A DNA stretch of 64,000 bases from Patescibacteria group bacterium (GCA_041661745.1 JBAZTR010000003.1:11965-75964), one strand, 5' to 3'. Positions 37,880 through 47,111 are shown, counted from the stretch's first letter. A program made the numbers and translations. The notes: a model not told the origin generated them from the letters alone.

Positions 37880-39580
37880 TTAGATGCTTTGCACATCGCT
37901 TTCCTCATCGATTGTAGATCCGAATTGCAGTTGGGTAGTATCAGCCATATTGAATTCGACGATACCCTTGTTCCAAGTCTGTCCGAAAATATTGTAAGCA
38001 ATAAGTTGAGTGGTAATCCAGTGGAGTTTTCCATCGGAGCCAACCATATAAACCTTAGGGTCATTGGCCATCTTAAGGCGAGTGCCCGGGGCATAGGTGG
38101 CGTCACCGCCGTCCTTCAAAGCATTGAAGGAGGTGGAAGAAATTGTCTCCACATCATTCCAACTGTCAAACCAGCTGAAATAAGTTTTTTCGTTTTGGAT
38201 CCAGTAGGACGTATCATCAAGCACAAGATAAACACGGGAAGAACCAGAAACTTTAACCGCACGGACATCAGATGTACCGGTCATGGCATGAAGCGACAAA
38301 GTGGCTTCATAAACATGATTATCAGAACCATACCAATAAACGTGCATGTCATCGGAAATCACGGCGTTTGAACCGAAACCGAGATTAATTTTACGATCAG
38401 AAGCAGTATCTAAATACCAGATATTACCAGTCGTATCTTCACCAACCACGATGCTACCCAAAGCATCAGTTACAGCAAAAGGATAGGTGGTGGTGGTTTT
38501 TGTGGCAAAATCATACATCTTGCCAACTGTGCCCGAGGAATAATAAAGGGCGGTGTCAGTCAAGGTAAAAGTCTGCGGGTAACCAATGGTGCCAAGGTCG
38601 AGGTCAACGCCAGCGCCACTTACATGCAAACCATCTTCAGGGTCAAGCCAAGCCATACGGCCGTTCACAACCTGTAAGGATTGCTCGTAACTATGATACC
38701 AACTTAATGAATCACCTTGAGCCACTGTTGTTTTACCGTCATAGATAAAACGTTGATATCTGTCAAAAAATTCTATAGTACCATCGGTGCGAAAGTGGGC
38801 ACCAACAATGTCTTCGCTTTCCTCGGTCCAGGTATTAGGCACGGCTTCGGCTGTCTTGGGATCGGCCATGGTGTCGTAAACCCACAATTGTTTAAAACCA
38901 GATTCAAAAACCATTTTTGACAAAATCTTACCATCTTTAACGTCTTGAATTTCATCACGCTGTTGAGTCCATTGTTTCGCAATAACCTTAACCGAATCAG
39001 ATAACTGATCGTATTGATAAATTACTGCGTTGGTAAAACCTTTATGATCGTTCCAATTCAAAGAAGCGTTGATAAAATATTCTCCATTACCTTCCATAAC
39101 ATCGGCGTCTTGGATACCGTCCATGAAGAATTTTTCCAACTCAATGTTTTTTTCGCCAGTAGCTAAATCAAGACTGACAACTTCCCAATAATTGTTGCTG
39201 TCAGCATCAGCGGAATTGATATAAACCAATTCCTCACCATTGTTATAAAAACGTTGTTCGTCCACGGTTTCGTGCGGCACATTGCCGACGAACATGGCCA
39301 TACCGTCGCGAAGCACATACAAATCGTAGCGTTCGCAACCAGTATCAGAAGCACAGGTTCCAGCCGCTTTGGCCACAACCACATTGTCACCTAAAGATAA
39401 CGGACCGTTGAAATCATCAGTGCCGAAATCAAGACGTTCGACTTTGTAGTCGTCGTAGGTCCAAGCCGCAGTGGCTTGAATATAGCTCCAGGAACCGGAA
39501 TCGGCTTGCACAGCCGACGGCATGATCGGTTGAGCGACCATGGCCACGGTAGCCAGAGAGATAAGGGTCTTTTTAAACAT
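37880..39580 (-). CDS. Secreted beta-rich protein with C-terminal conserved domain
   Basis: Signal peptide (AVQA); C-terminal NEKTYFSWF...YAPGTRLKMANDPKVYMV...LHWIT...FGQTW. Confidence 0.85.
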   Translation of the reverse strand: MFKKTLISLATVAMVAQPIMPSAVQADSGSWSYIQATAAWTYDDYKVERLDFGTDDFNGPLSLGDNVVVAKAAGTCASDTGCERYDLYVLRDGMAMFVGNVPHETVDEQRFYNNGEELVYINSADADSNNYWEVVSLDLATGEKNIELEKFFMDGIQDADVMEGNGEYFINASLNWNDHKGFTNAVIYQYDQLSDSVKVIAKQWTQQRDEIQDVKDGKILSKMVFESGFKQLWVYDTMADPKTAEAVPNTWTEESEDIVGAHFRTDGTIEFFDRYQRFIYDGKTTVAQGDSLSWYHSYEQSLQVVNGRMAWLDPEDGLHVSGAGVDLDLGTIGYPQTFTLTDTALYYSSGTVGKMYDFATKTTTTYPFAVTDALGSIVVGEDTTGNIWYLDTASDRKINLGFGSNAVISDDMHVYWYGSDNHVYEATLSLHAMTGTSDVRAVKVSGSSRVYLVLDDTSYWIQNEKTYFSWFDSWNDVETISSTSFNALKDGGDATYAPGTRLKMANDPKVYMVGSDGKLHWITTQLIAYNIFGQTWNKGIVEFNMADTTQLQFGSTIDEESDVQSI

Positions 39581-39704
39581 AAAAACGATTGTTTATTTAG
39601 CTTAATTTTGACCGACTAATATACCATAAAACAACGGTTTTGTCAATGAGGCAATAAGAAAAATAGGCTTAAATTAGCCTATTTTAATAACATTAAAACT
39701 GGTT

Positions 39705-40550
39705 TTAAGATAGAAACTTCTTTACATCGGCCAAAGTAACCTTTTTCCGACCTGGCTGGTTTTTGTAACCCCAATTGTCACCTTCCCCGAAAACAAAGCC
39801 GCCAAATTTCTTTAAAAAAGCTTCGGCGATTGGTGTTTCCTGCACGCTTATAGCGTTGCGACCGTTCTCCACCAAAATAATTGGCGGTGATTTTTTAAGC
39901 CGCTGCCAAACCAATTCGGAAAGATAAGCCCGCAAGCCAAATTTGGAATTTATCGTTACAATAAAAAATCCGTTCCATTCTTTTCGTTTTTGCCAAGCCA
40001 ATCGCGCTTTCTTTTGATAAATCTTTTCTTTGGCCGGATCAACAAAAATTATGTTTAATTTTTTTCGAAAAGAAAAGACTTTTTTTATTTCCACGGTTGA
40101 ATAACCGGCTCGGCCTAAAGCTTCGATAAAGCCGCGATCTAAAATTCCAATACCGCGCACCAGACGCGGTGAAAAACCCAAAGCCGAAAGTTTTTTATCA
40201 GTCAGATTGAATAATTTTAAAAATTGTTCGAGGGAGGATGGTTTAATTTTTCTCTTGACATCATGGGCACGATCAAGCGTTCCGTATTGGTGATGATCGA
40301 TGATAACTAATTCCCTTCCGGCTTGCCGCAACTTCGTTTCTGTTTTAATCCCTGGCATTTCTACGATAAAAATCTTTTGATATTTCCCGGCTTGAATCTT
40401 TTTTAACAAACCCTTCTCTTTATCTAAAGTTGCCCCATGTTCTTGCCACGAAGCAATGATCGGCAAACCAATGGCCGCGGCAAGTTTGGCAATCAAAACC
40501 GCTTCGGCATCATTGATAGGAATAACGATCACGTTGTCTTTTAGATTCAT
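39705..40550 (-). CDS. Hypothetical protein with DHH-like motif
   Basis: NDAEA...IVE...IIDHH; ATG 40550. Confidence 0.7.
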   Translation of the reverse strand: MNLKDNVIVIPINDAEAVLIAKLAAAIGLPIIASWQEHGATLDKEKGLLKKIQAGKYQKIFIVEMPGIKTETKLRQAGRELVIIDHHQYGTLDRAHDVKRKIKPSSLEQFLKLFNLTDKKLSALGFSPRLVRGIGILDRGFIEALGRAGYSTVEIKKVFSFRKKLNIIFVDPAKEKIYQKKARLAWQKRKEWNGFFIVTINSKFGLRAYLSELVWQRLKKSPPIILVENGRNAISVQETPIAEAFLKKFGGFVFGEGDNWGYKNQPGRKKVTLADVKKFLS

Positions 40551-40571
40551 AATGGTTTGATTATAACAAAA

Positions 40572-40650
40572 CTCCCTTCCGCCAACCACTGGGAAGTGAC
40601 TGAAAGAAGGGGGCCGTCGAATTCGCTTTCGACGGGAAGATGGTTAGCGA
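40572..40650 (-). repeat. Two-hairpin structured element, copy 1
   Basis: CTCCCTTCCGCCAACCACT...GAAGGGGG followed by CCGTCGAA-TTCGCT-TTCGACGG. Confidence 0.8.
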
Positions 40651-40661
40651 CCTTACGTTGA

Positions 40662-41039
40662 CTACAATTCCGCGGTCTCGATCGAGACGCGGATGAGCCG
40701 AACGTAACGGTCAAAGGCGAAGACCGCCCGGCCGGCCTCGTCGGTGCCGGCGACGATCAACCGCCCGGTCGCGTCGCGCTTGAACTCGGCGCGGAGCAGC
40801 GGGAAGGTGATTTCGCTGCGGGCCCCGAGGAGGCGCGCGAGGATCGGGAGAGGGGCGACCACTTCGGCCGCCACAACCTCGCCGACCTCGGCCGCCAACC
40901 GAGCCACCGTTCCGATGGGGTCGTCGCCAAAGGCGACGTCCATCGTGACGATTTCGAGGTCAATGCCGAACTTGGCACGGAGCCAGTCTTCGGCCGCGGG
41001 GAGGACGGGGTGACGGGTGATTCGGAGGAATTTGGACAT
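40662..41039 (-). CDS. GC-rich hypothetical protein (125 aa)
   Basis: AGGAG SD; starts MSKFLRITRHP; strong GC3 bias. Confidence 0.8.
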   Translation of the reverse strand: MSKFLRITRHPVLPAAEDWLRAKFGIDLEIVTMDVAFGDDPIGTVARLAAEVGEVVAAEVVAPLPILARLLGARSEITFPLLRAEFKRDATGRLIVAGTDEAGRAVFAFDRYVRLIRVSIETAEL

Positions 41040-41062
41040 GAGGAACTCCTAGGTTTGTTTTT

Positions 41063-41150
41063 CTCCCTTCCGCCAACCACTCGAGAGTGATTAGAAAAAG
41101 GGAGCTGTCGTGGAACAAGTACGATCCACAACAGGACGATTGTTTGGCCT
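41063..41150 (-). repeat. Two-hairpin structured element, copy 2
   Basis: 39/48 identical to 40572-40619; second hairpin CTGTCGTGGA...TCCACAACAG. Confidence 0.8.
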
Positions 41151-41234
41151 TCCGCCCCCGCGGGCTAGGCTATACCTCCATTAAAGGTTAGGGGTTAAAG
41201 ATGGGCCGACCCGGCCGCCTTTCGGAGTTACCTC

Positions 41235-41723
41235 CTACTTGGCAGCCGATGCCGTTTTGGCCGGAGCCGAAGCCGCCCGCTTGGCCGCGGCCGAGCTGAT
41301 GCCAGACGCCTCGAGGGCGGCCGCCATCTTCTCGGCATTGGCCTCCGCCTCGATGCGCGCGGTGAGGCGGGCGGCGTGAGCCACCGCAACCTCGAGCCGC
41401 GCGACGCTGCGTCGGTGGGCCTCGAGAACCTCGACCAGCCGATTGGCCGCCAGTCGCTTGGCCGCAAGGGCCTCGCGACGAGCAGCTTCGGCGGCCCGCC
41501 CTTCCGCGATCGGCGCCTGGCGGGCAGCCGACCTCTGGAAGGCGGCGTCGGCCGCGACAAAGGCGGCGTCGGCATTCCGGCTTTCGACCTCGCGGTCGAA
41601 GAGGCGTGCCTCGACAGCCTTGAGGTCGGCCTGAGCCGGTCTCACCGCGAGCTTGATCTGGCGGTGGAGCTCGTCGGCCGGGGTAACGACGCGAGGGGCA
41701 CGGACAATACGAGCATGGAACAT
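41235..41723 (-). CDS. GC-rich Ala-rich coiled-coil hypothetical protein (162 aa)
   Basis: AGGAG SD before ATG 41723 (MFHARIVRAPR); A/R/E-rich heptads. Confidence 0.75.
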   Translation of the reverse strand: MFHARIVRAPRVVTPADELHRQIKLAVRPAQADLKAVEARLFDREVESRNADAAFVAADAAFQRSAARQAPIAEGRAAEAARREALAAKRLAANRLVEVLEAHRRSVARLEVAVAHAARLTARIEAEANAEKMAAALEASGISSAAAKRAASAPAKTASAAK

Positions 41724-41838
41724 GACTGTCTCCTGACTGGGGGTAGAAGGAAAAGACCAGGAATAAATGATTGCTTGCCGTGGATCTCGGCCGGAACCAA
41801 GGAGGTGACCGAACGACCTGGCAAAGATCACATAGCAA

Positions 41839-41913
41839 GCAACCAAGAAATGATTTTATAAAAAATCAGCTCTTGGTTGCCGTCGAGTTCGTTCTCGACG
41901 GGAAGGATTGGCC
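41839..41913 (-). repeat. Two-hairpin structured element, copy 3
   Basis: GCAACCAAGA...TCTTGGTTGC followed by CCGTCGAG-TTCGTT-CTCGACGGGAAG (compensated variant of the copy-1 hairpin). Confidence 0.7.
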
Positions 41914-41916
41914 GTA

Positions 41917-42078
41917 TCACACGGACCCGGTGCAGACGCGACGGATGATCTTTCCGTCACGCCGAACCACCACCACCTTCGGCCGCTTGGGCTTTGGGGT
42001 GGACCGGACGAGAGCCTCCGGATTGGTGGTGAACCAGGTGGCCAGATGCATTACGACGCCGTAGGACTTGGTAGTCAT
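41917..42078 (-). CDS. Small basic GC-rich peptide (53 aa), not in the ORF track
   Basis: AGGAG SD; MTTKSYGVVMHLATWFTTNPEALVRSTPKPKRPKVVVVRRDGKIIRRVCTGSV-TGA. Confidence 0.6.
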   Translation of the reverse strand: MTTKSYGVVMHLATWFTTNPEALVRSTPKPKRPKVVVVRRDGKIIRRVCTGSV

Positions 42079-42119
42079 CAGAAACTCCTGTTAAGGGGTG
42101 ACAACTTTTTTGGAAACAT

Positions 42120-42813
42120 AAAGGGGACTTTGCAAGTCCCCAGAATATTTTTTGCTCCGGAAATTTGCCCGACACTTCCCCACCATTCGCCCAGGTCTGG
42201 GGTCCCAAACTAAGACAGGTTTGTGCCGAACAAATTTCCGGATCCGATCGAATTAACCTAATCCGATCAGTACGGCTAAAGTAGCCACCGCTGAAACTAT
42301 ATAAGTGATTGGGTACAACATAGAATTTCTTCTGCTGATAACAAGCATGGGGTTATCGGCAAGAGAGATTCGCGCAATCGGTTAGCCAAACCGACTGCGC
42401 GAGACGTGCCCCGAGGCTTCAGCCTCGGGTGTTTTGGACACACCTCCGGAAGTTTTTCGTTTATCCCCTGTTTTAGCCGTTGTCCAGACGGCTTTTTACC
42501 AAGAAAACCTCGGCACGTGCCGAGTGCACGCATAGAGTGTTGGCCATACACTCCGCCTTGATTTTTCGGAAAACATGGGGTGTTAAGCGATCCGCAACAG
42601 GATCCGGAACATCTAATCTCTCTTAGAATGTTCCGATTTCTGTAGCGGATTTTACTCAATACATAATTTTTGCTGTATTGAGTCCAGATTGCCGAATTGG
42701 AACCTCGGACAAGGGTAAAACCCATGTTTTAACTGAATTCTGGGTGAAGTTGCCTATTCGAACAGTCCAGATCGCTTAGTGGCTCTTCGCTCACTTGTTC
42801 ACAAGCATTGAAC
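42120..42813 (-). ncRNA. Candidate long structured RNA or leader (~700 nt)
   Basis: At least 12 hairpins or long-range stems; no convincing CDS; lies downstream of the minus-strand promoter at 42819-42847. Confidence 0.55.
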
Positions 42814-42818
42814 GTTGC

Positions 42819-42847
42819 ACTCTAACATAAACATAAAATACTGTCAA
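42819..42847 (-). promoter_or_regulatory. sigma70-like promoter (leftward)
   Basis: TTGACA-17 bp-TAGAGT with extended TG. Confidence 0.65.
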
Positions 42848-42896
42848 GGGTTAAAGTACCAAATCGACTATTTTGGCTAAAGTTAGAATAAAAAAA

Positions 42897-42915
42897 TGTC
42901 CACGGTAAGTGGACA
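42897..42915. promoter_or_regulatory. Palindromic operator candidate between the divergent promoters
   Basis: TGTCCAC-GGTAA-GTGGACA. Confidence 0.4.
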
Positions 42916-42954
42916 AATACTATTTTTTATCTAATATTAGCTGTATTTTACCCC

Positions 42955-42982
42955 TTGACAAATTTCCTGATTGTGATATTAT
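42955..42982 (+). promoter_or_regulatory. sigma70-like promoter (rightward)
   Basis: TTGACA-16 bp-TATTAT with extended TG. Confidence 0.65.
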
Positions 42983-42983
42983 A

Positions 42984-43350
42984 GCTTGTCTTTCAAAGGG
43001 GAAACCCAATGATTGACCGCTGCTGGACATCCGTTCAGCAGACCAGAGTCAGGTCGCCTCATCGCGACCTGGAGGACGACATGAACGGCTAACCCCCCCC
43101 TCTTCTAGTGCGGGGTGTTGGCAAAACTCCCATTCGTTGAATGGAGTCAAAAGGGGCAGAAACGTCCGTGAACAAAGAAAACACGGGCGACCGACAACAA
43201 GAACTTCGCCCCTTTAATCATGGATCATGGTCAACCTGACCCCGGTCCAAGACAAGACTCTTCAACGGAGGTGCGTTATGGGAGGCGCCTAACACCCCCA
43301 CAGCCCCCGCGGCACCAATGGTCTCGACGACCTGCGGTGCCCGGGGGTTC
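42984..43350 (+). ncRNA. Candidate unidentified structured ncRNA (~360 nt)
   Basis: At least 8 stems, whose G-T positions pair on the + strand; possible closing helix CTTGTCTT/AAGACAAG; follows a consensus promoter. Confidence 0.65.
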
Positions 43351-43357
43351 GTGATAT

Positions 43358-44104
43358 CTAGCGATCTTTTTCCGCGCCGTCCCAGGCCGCGTCAAACAAA
43401 ACCTTAGCGGTTTCGGCAAAAATTTTATTTTCCAAAACTACGGCAATTATTTTTCCAACAAAAGAAACAAAGGCAACACGGTTCCCATAGATCCAAATGT
43501 CACCATGAAATTCACCTAATTTATTTTTATCTAAAAAACGATAAGTAACCTTTTCACGTCGATGGGTCAATTCCCCGATGTGCAGAAGGTTAATTTTTAT
43601 TTTACCGGGATCAAGAACCATCCGAACATCTTTCAAAAGTTCAGAGTCTAAAAGATTATAGACATCCTCCATGTTAGATAATTCGCGTAAAGAATCTGGG
43701 GCAACTGAAGCCACGTCGGTAAAAATAGCGCTTAGAGCTTCTTGGCCCTCAAAAAAACGCACGGCTGGACGTTCGCCGCCACCCAACATTTTCACCTCTG
43801 GTAAAACCTTGTTTAAAGTTTCCAACTTTTCCTGCATTTCATGAACATGTTCTTTAAAATGCGATAAAGCGCGTTCCGGCTCTTCGGCAGCAAAAACCCG
43901 CTTCTTGCCACGTTCGTGAGAAGACATTAAACCGCGGTTTTGTAAGGCCTCAATATTGGTATAAGTGGCCGTGCGAGAGAGGTTGGCTTTTTTGGCAATT
44001 TCTTGTACCGGGGCTGGGCCAAGGTTCAAGCTGGCAAAATAAACCTTAGTTTCGGTTTCCGATAAACCGAGCGAGGTAAATAATCGAAAGATATCAGTTG
44101 ACAT
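43358..44104 (-). CDS. TrmB-family transcriptional regulator
   Basis: LGLSETETKVY...EIAKKANLSRTATY...L..RGL wHTH; VRFFEG; IWIYGNRVAF. Confidence 0.9.
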   Translation of the reverse strand: MSTDIFRLFTSLGLSETETKVYFASLNLGPAPVQEIAKKANLSRTATYTNIEALQNRGLMSSHERGKKRVFAAEEPERALSHFKEHVHEMQEKLETLNKVLPEVKMLGGGERPAVRFFEGQEALSAIFTDVASVAPDSLRELSNMEDVYNLLDSELLKDVRMVLDPGKIKINLLHIGELTHRREKVTYRFLDKNKLGEFHGDIWIYGNRVAFVSFVGKIIAVVLENKIFAETAKVLFDAAWDGAEKDR

Positions 44105-44222
44105 AACGGGGGTATTATATCAGAGAGGGTTAATGGTTAGAAGAGGGACTATTTTTTTGAACAGACGCTCGGGCGTTAAGGCATTAAAAAACAGAGCCAG
44201 CTGGCCCTGTTTTTTTATTTTA

Positions 44223-47111
44223 TTAAACCTTAATAAAACCAACGGTTATATCGCACTCGTTAAGACGAAAGGCCTCACAAATTTCCGGGCGTTCGCCAGT
44301 TGTACGGAGATTGTTGGCTAAAGTGCCAACACGAATCGTCTCCCCATATTCTTCAATCATTTTCTGAGCCTCGACTTCAGCACTTTCGAAATAAATTTCA
44401 ATGCGATCTTCGATGGTCAATTTATTATTCTTACGCATTTCGTTAATGCGACGAACCAGGTCGCGAGCCATGCCTTCACGAAGCAATTCTGGCGTAAGAT
44501 TAACATCGAGCTCAACGTTGTACTCGCCTTTTTCAACAATCACGGCTTTTACATTAACTTCGTCTTTAATGATTTCAATAAGTTCGGCATCCAACTCCCC
44601 TTCTGGCAACCATACAGTGGCTGAAGCGAGTGGTTGGCGCACCGGTCGGCCGGTTTCAGCCCGGGCTTCCAAAATTTTGGAAACGACTGAACGAGCACGA
44701 GCCATGCGCTCCAAAAGTTTTTCATCAATTAATGCGACGTCAGCCGTCGGCCAATCATCAAGATGAACCGAAGCCTTGCCCCCTTGAAGTCGCAAGTAAA
44801 TAGCGTCAGACAAAAACGGAGTAAACGGGGCCATGAGTTTGGTAATGCCAAGCAAACATTCACGCAAGGTGAAAATAGCCGCGGCTTTGTCAGCTTCGTC
44901 CGATCCTTTAAAGCGATCGCGACTGCGGCGGACAAACCAGGTTGAAAGATCATTGATAAAATCAGCAATGGCCCGTACCGGTTCGGTCACTTTATAATTT
45001 TCCAACTGTTCGGTTGAATCTTTTATTAATTGATTCAGGCGAGATAGAACCCAACGATCCAAAACATTTTCCTTCTCTTTTTCTCCCTTTATTTCCCTTT
45101 CCTTCCCTTCATAGAGTTCGTAAAAAGTCATGATGTTCCAAAGGATCATGAAAACTTTCTTAATCATTTCATCGAGCGATTTCAAATCAAACCGTTTGGA
45201 ATCACCAGGCTGATTAATGGAATACATGTACCAGCGCACGGAATCAGCTCCGTATTTATTTATGGTCTCGACCGGATCAACAACGTTGCCGATGGACTTA
45301 GACATTTTCTTTCCTTGAGCATCAAGAACGTGTCCCAAACAAATGACATTTTTGTAAGGACGTTCTTTGCCAAGCAAGGTGGCCACAGCGAGCAGAGTGT
45401 AAAACCAACCGCGGGTTTGATCGATAGCCTCGGAAATATAATCAGCCGGATAGGCTGTCGCTTGCCCCTCGGAGCCCGGCGAAGTGGGGTCGATCTTTTC
45501 TTTATTCTCGAAAGGATAATGCCATTGAGCGAAAGGCATACAACCGGAATCAAACCATACGTCGCAGACTTCCGGGATGCGTTTCATTTGTTCGCCACAG
45601 CTGTCGCATTTAATCAAAACATCATCAACAAAAGGACGATGCGGATCAAACGGCTCGGCCATAGGTGTGACTGCCTTGGCTTTCAATTCTTCAAAACTTC
45701 CAATGCAAGTTTTTTGGCCGCAGGAACAGGTCCAAATCGGCAGTGGTGTACCCCAGTAACGCTCACGGGAAAAGGCCCAGTCCTTAACTTCACGCAGCCA
45801 TTCACCAAAACGACCTTCCTTAATATAATCAGGCTCCCAATGAATGTTTTCGTTTCCTTCAATCAGTTTATCGCGCAAAGAACTCATTTTGATATACCAA
45901 GAAAACTTGGCCAGATAGAGGAGCGGGGCTTTGCAACGCCAACAGAAAGGATAGGTATGACGATAAGTTTCTTCTTTATATAACAAACCGCGATCCAATA
46001 AATCTTTTTTAATATCTTCGTCGGCCTTTTTCATGAACTTACCAAAGCCCGGTGACTTTTCCGAACTAACCATGCCGGTTTGATCAACAGTAAAAATAAC
46101 TGGCAATTTTTCCGCGTCACCTAAACGTGAGTCATCCTCACCATAAGCCGGAGCAATATGAACAATTCCCGAACCATCGGTCGTGGAAACGAAATCAGCG
46201 GTGTAAACTTTGTAAGCTTTTTCTTTTTCTCGTCCGGGGGTGTCGTAATAGGTTTCGTAGAGCGGAACATATTTCATTCCAACCAATTCTGATCCGTTTT
46301 TCTCCCACACGGTTTCAAAAGATTCACTAACTTTTCCAAGTAGTCCGCTGGCTAAAATAAATTTTTCACCATTAGCCAACTTAATCTGTGAATATGAAAT
46401 ATTTTCACCAATAGCCAAAGCTACGTTACTCGGCAAGGTCCACGGAGTGGTGGTCCAAACTAAAAAGTAGCTATTCTCTTCCCCTTCAATTTTAAACTTA
46501 ATGTAAACCGACTGGTCATCGACCTCTTTGTATCCTTGAGCCAACTCGTGTGAAGACAAAGTTGTTACACAACGTGGACAATGTGGCACGACTTTATAAT
46601 CTTGATACAAAAGATCCTTGTCCCAAATCTGTTTAATGATCCACCACAACGACTCGACGTATTCGGAATGATAAGTGACGTACGGTTTGTCGAGGTCAAG
46701 CCAGAAAGCGATGCGCTTGGTAATTTTTTGCCAATCCTCAAGATACTTCCAAACACTTTCGCGACATTTTTTGTTGAATGGTTCAATGCCAAAATTTTCA
46801 ATGTCTTTCTTACCGGAAAAACCAAGTTGCTTTTCAACTTCAATTTCCACCGGCAAACCATGGGTGTCCCAGCCAGCCTTGCGATCGACTAAATACCCTT
46901 GCATGGTGCGGAAACGCAAAAGGCAATCTTTAAAAGCGCGCGACTCGACGTGGTGAATGCCGGGTTTACCATTGGCAGTAGGAGGCCCTTCAAAAAAAAC
47001 AAAACGGCCTTTGGGGGCAGCCTTGGCCAGGGTTTGTTCAAAAATCTTTTCTTTCTCCCAGTTTTCCAGGAGTTGTTCCTCGATTTGAGGAAAATTTGGT
47101 CTATCGGACAT
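44223..47111 (-). CDS. ileS: Isoleucine--tRNA ligase (type 2)
   Basis: FFEGPPTANG.PG.HH, WDTHGLP, WTTTPWTLP, DQTRGWF, KMSKS. Confidence 0.98.
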   Translation of the reverse strand: MSDRPNFPQIEEQLLENWEKEKIFEQTLAKAAPKGRFVFFEGPPTANGKPGIHHVESRAFKDCLLRFRTMQGYLVDRKAGWDTHGLPVEIEVEKQLGFSGKKDIENFGIEPFNKKCRESVWKYLEDWQKITKRIAFWLDLDKPYVTYHSEYVESLWWIIKQIWDKDLLYQDYKVVPHCPRCVTTLSSHELAQGYKEVDDQSVYIKFKIEGEENSYFLVWTTTPWTLPSNVALAIGENISYSQIKLANGEKFILASGLLGKVSESFETVWEKNGSELVGMKYVPLYETYYDTPGREKEKAYKVYTADFVSTTDGSGIVHIAPAYGEDDSRLGDAEKLPVIFTVDQTGMVSSEKSPGFGKFMKKADEDIKKDLLDRGLLYKEETYRHTYPFCWRCKAPLLYLAKFSWYIKMSSLRDKLIEGNENIHWEPDYIKEGRFGEWLREVKDWAFSRERYWGTPLPIWTCSCGQKTCIGSFEELKAKAVTPMAEPFDPHRPFVDDVLIKCDSCGEQMKRIPEVCDVWFDSGCMPFAQWHYPFENKEKIDPTSPGSEGQATAYPADYISEAIDQTRGWFYTLLAVATLLGKERPYKNVICLGHVLDAQGKKMSKSIGNVVDPVETINKYGADSVRWYMYSINQPGDSKRFDLKSLDEMIKKVFMILWNIMTFYELYEGKEREIKGEKEKENVLDRWVLSRLNQLIKDSTEQLENYKVTEPVRAIADFINDLSTWFVRRSRDRFKGSDEADKAAAIFTLRECLLGITKLMAPFTPFLSDAIYLRLQGGKASVHLDDWPTADVALIDEKLLERMARARSVVSKILEARAETGRPVRQPLASATVWLPEGELDAELIEIIKDEVNVKAVIVEKGEYNVELDVNLTPELLREGMARDLVRRINEMRKNNKLTIEDRIEIYFESAEVEAQKMIEEYGETIRVGTLANNLRTTGERPEICEAFRLNECDITVGFIKV

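Noticed and set aside
40572-41913. Integron attC cassette array
   Set aside because: No clear RYYYAAC/GTTRRRY ends and no integrase. G-U-compatible changes point to RNA rather than ssDNA structure. Kept only as an analogy.
42297-42725. 142-aa minus-strand ORF as a real gene
   Set aside because: No SD or recognisable motif, and the composition looks like translated palindromic sequence. It cannot be fully excluded.
42984-43350. tmRNA, RNase P RNA, SRP or 6S RNA
   Set aside because: No tRNA-like ends or T-arm, no GAGGAAAGUCC motif, no SRP loop, and not a single long rod.
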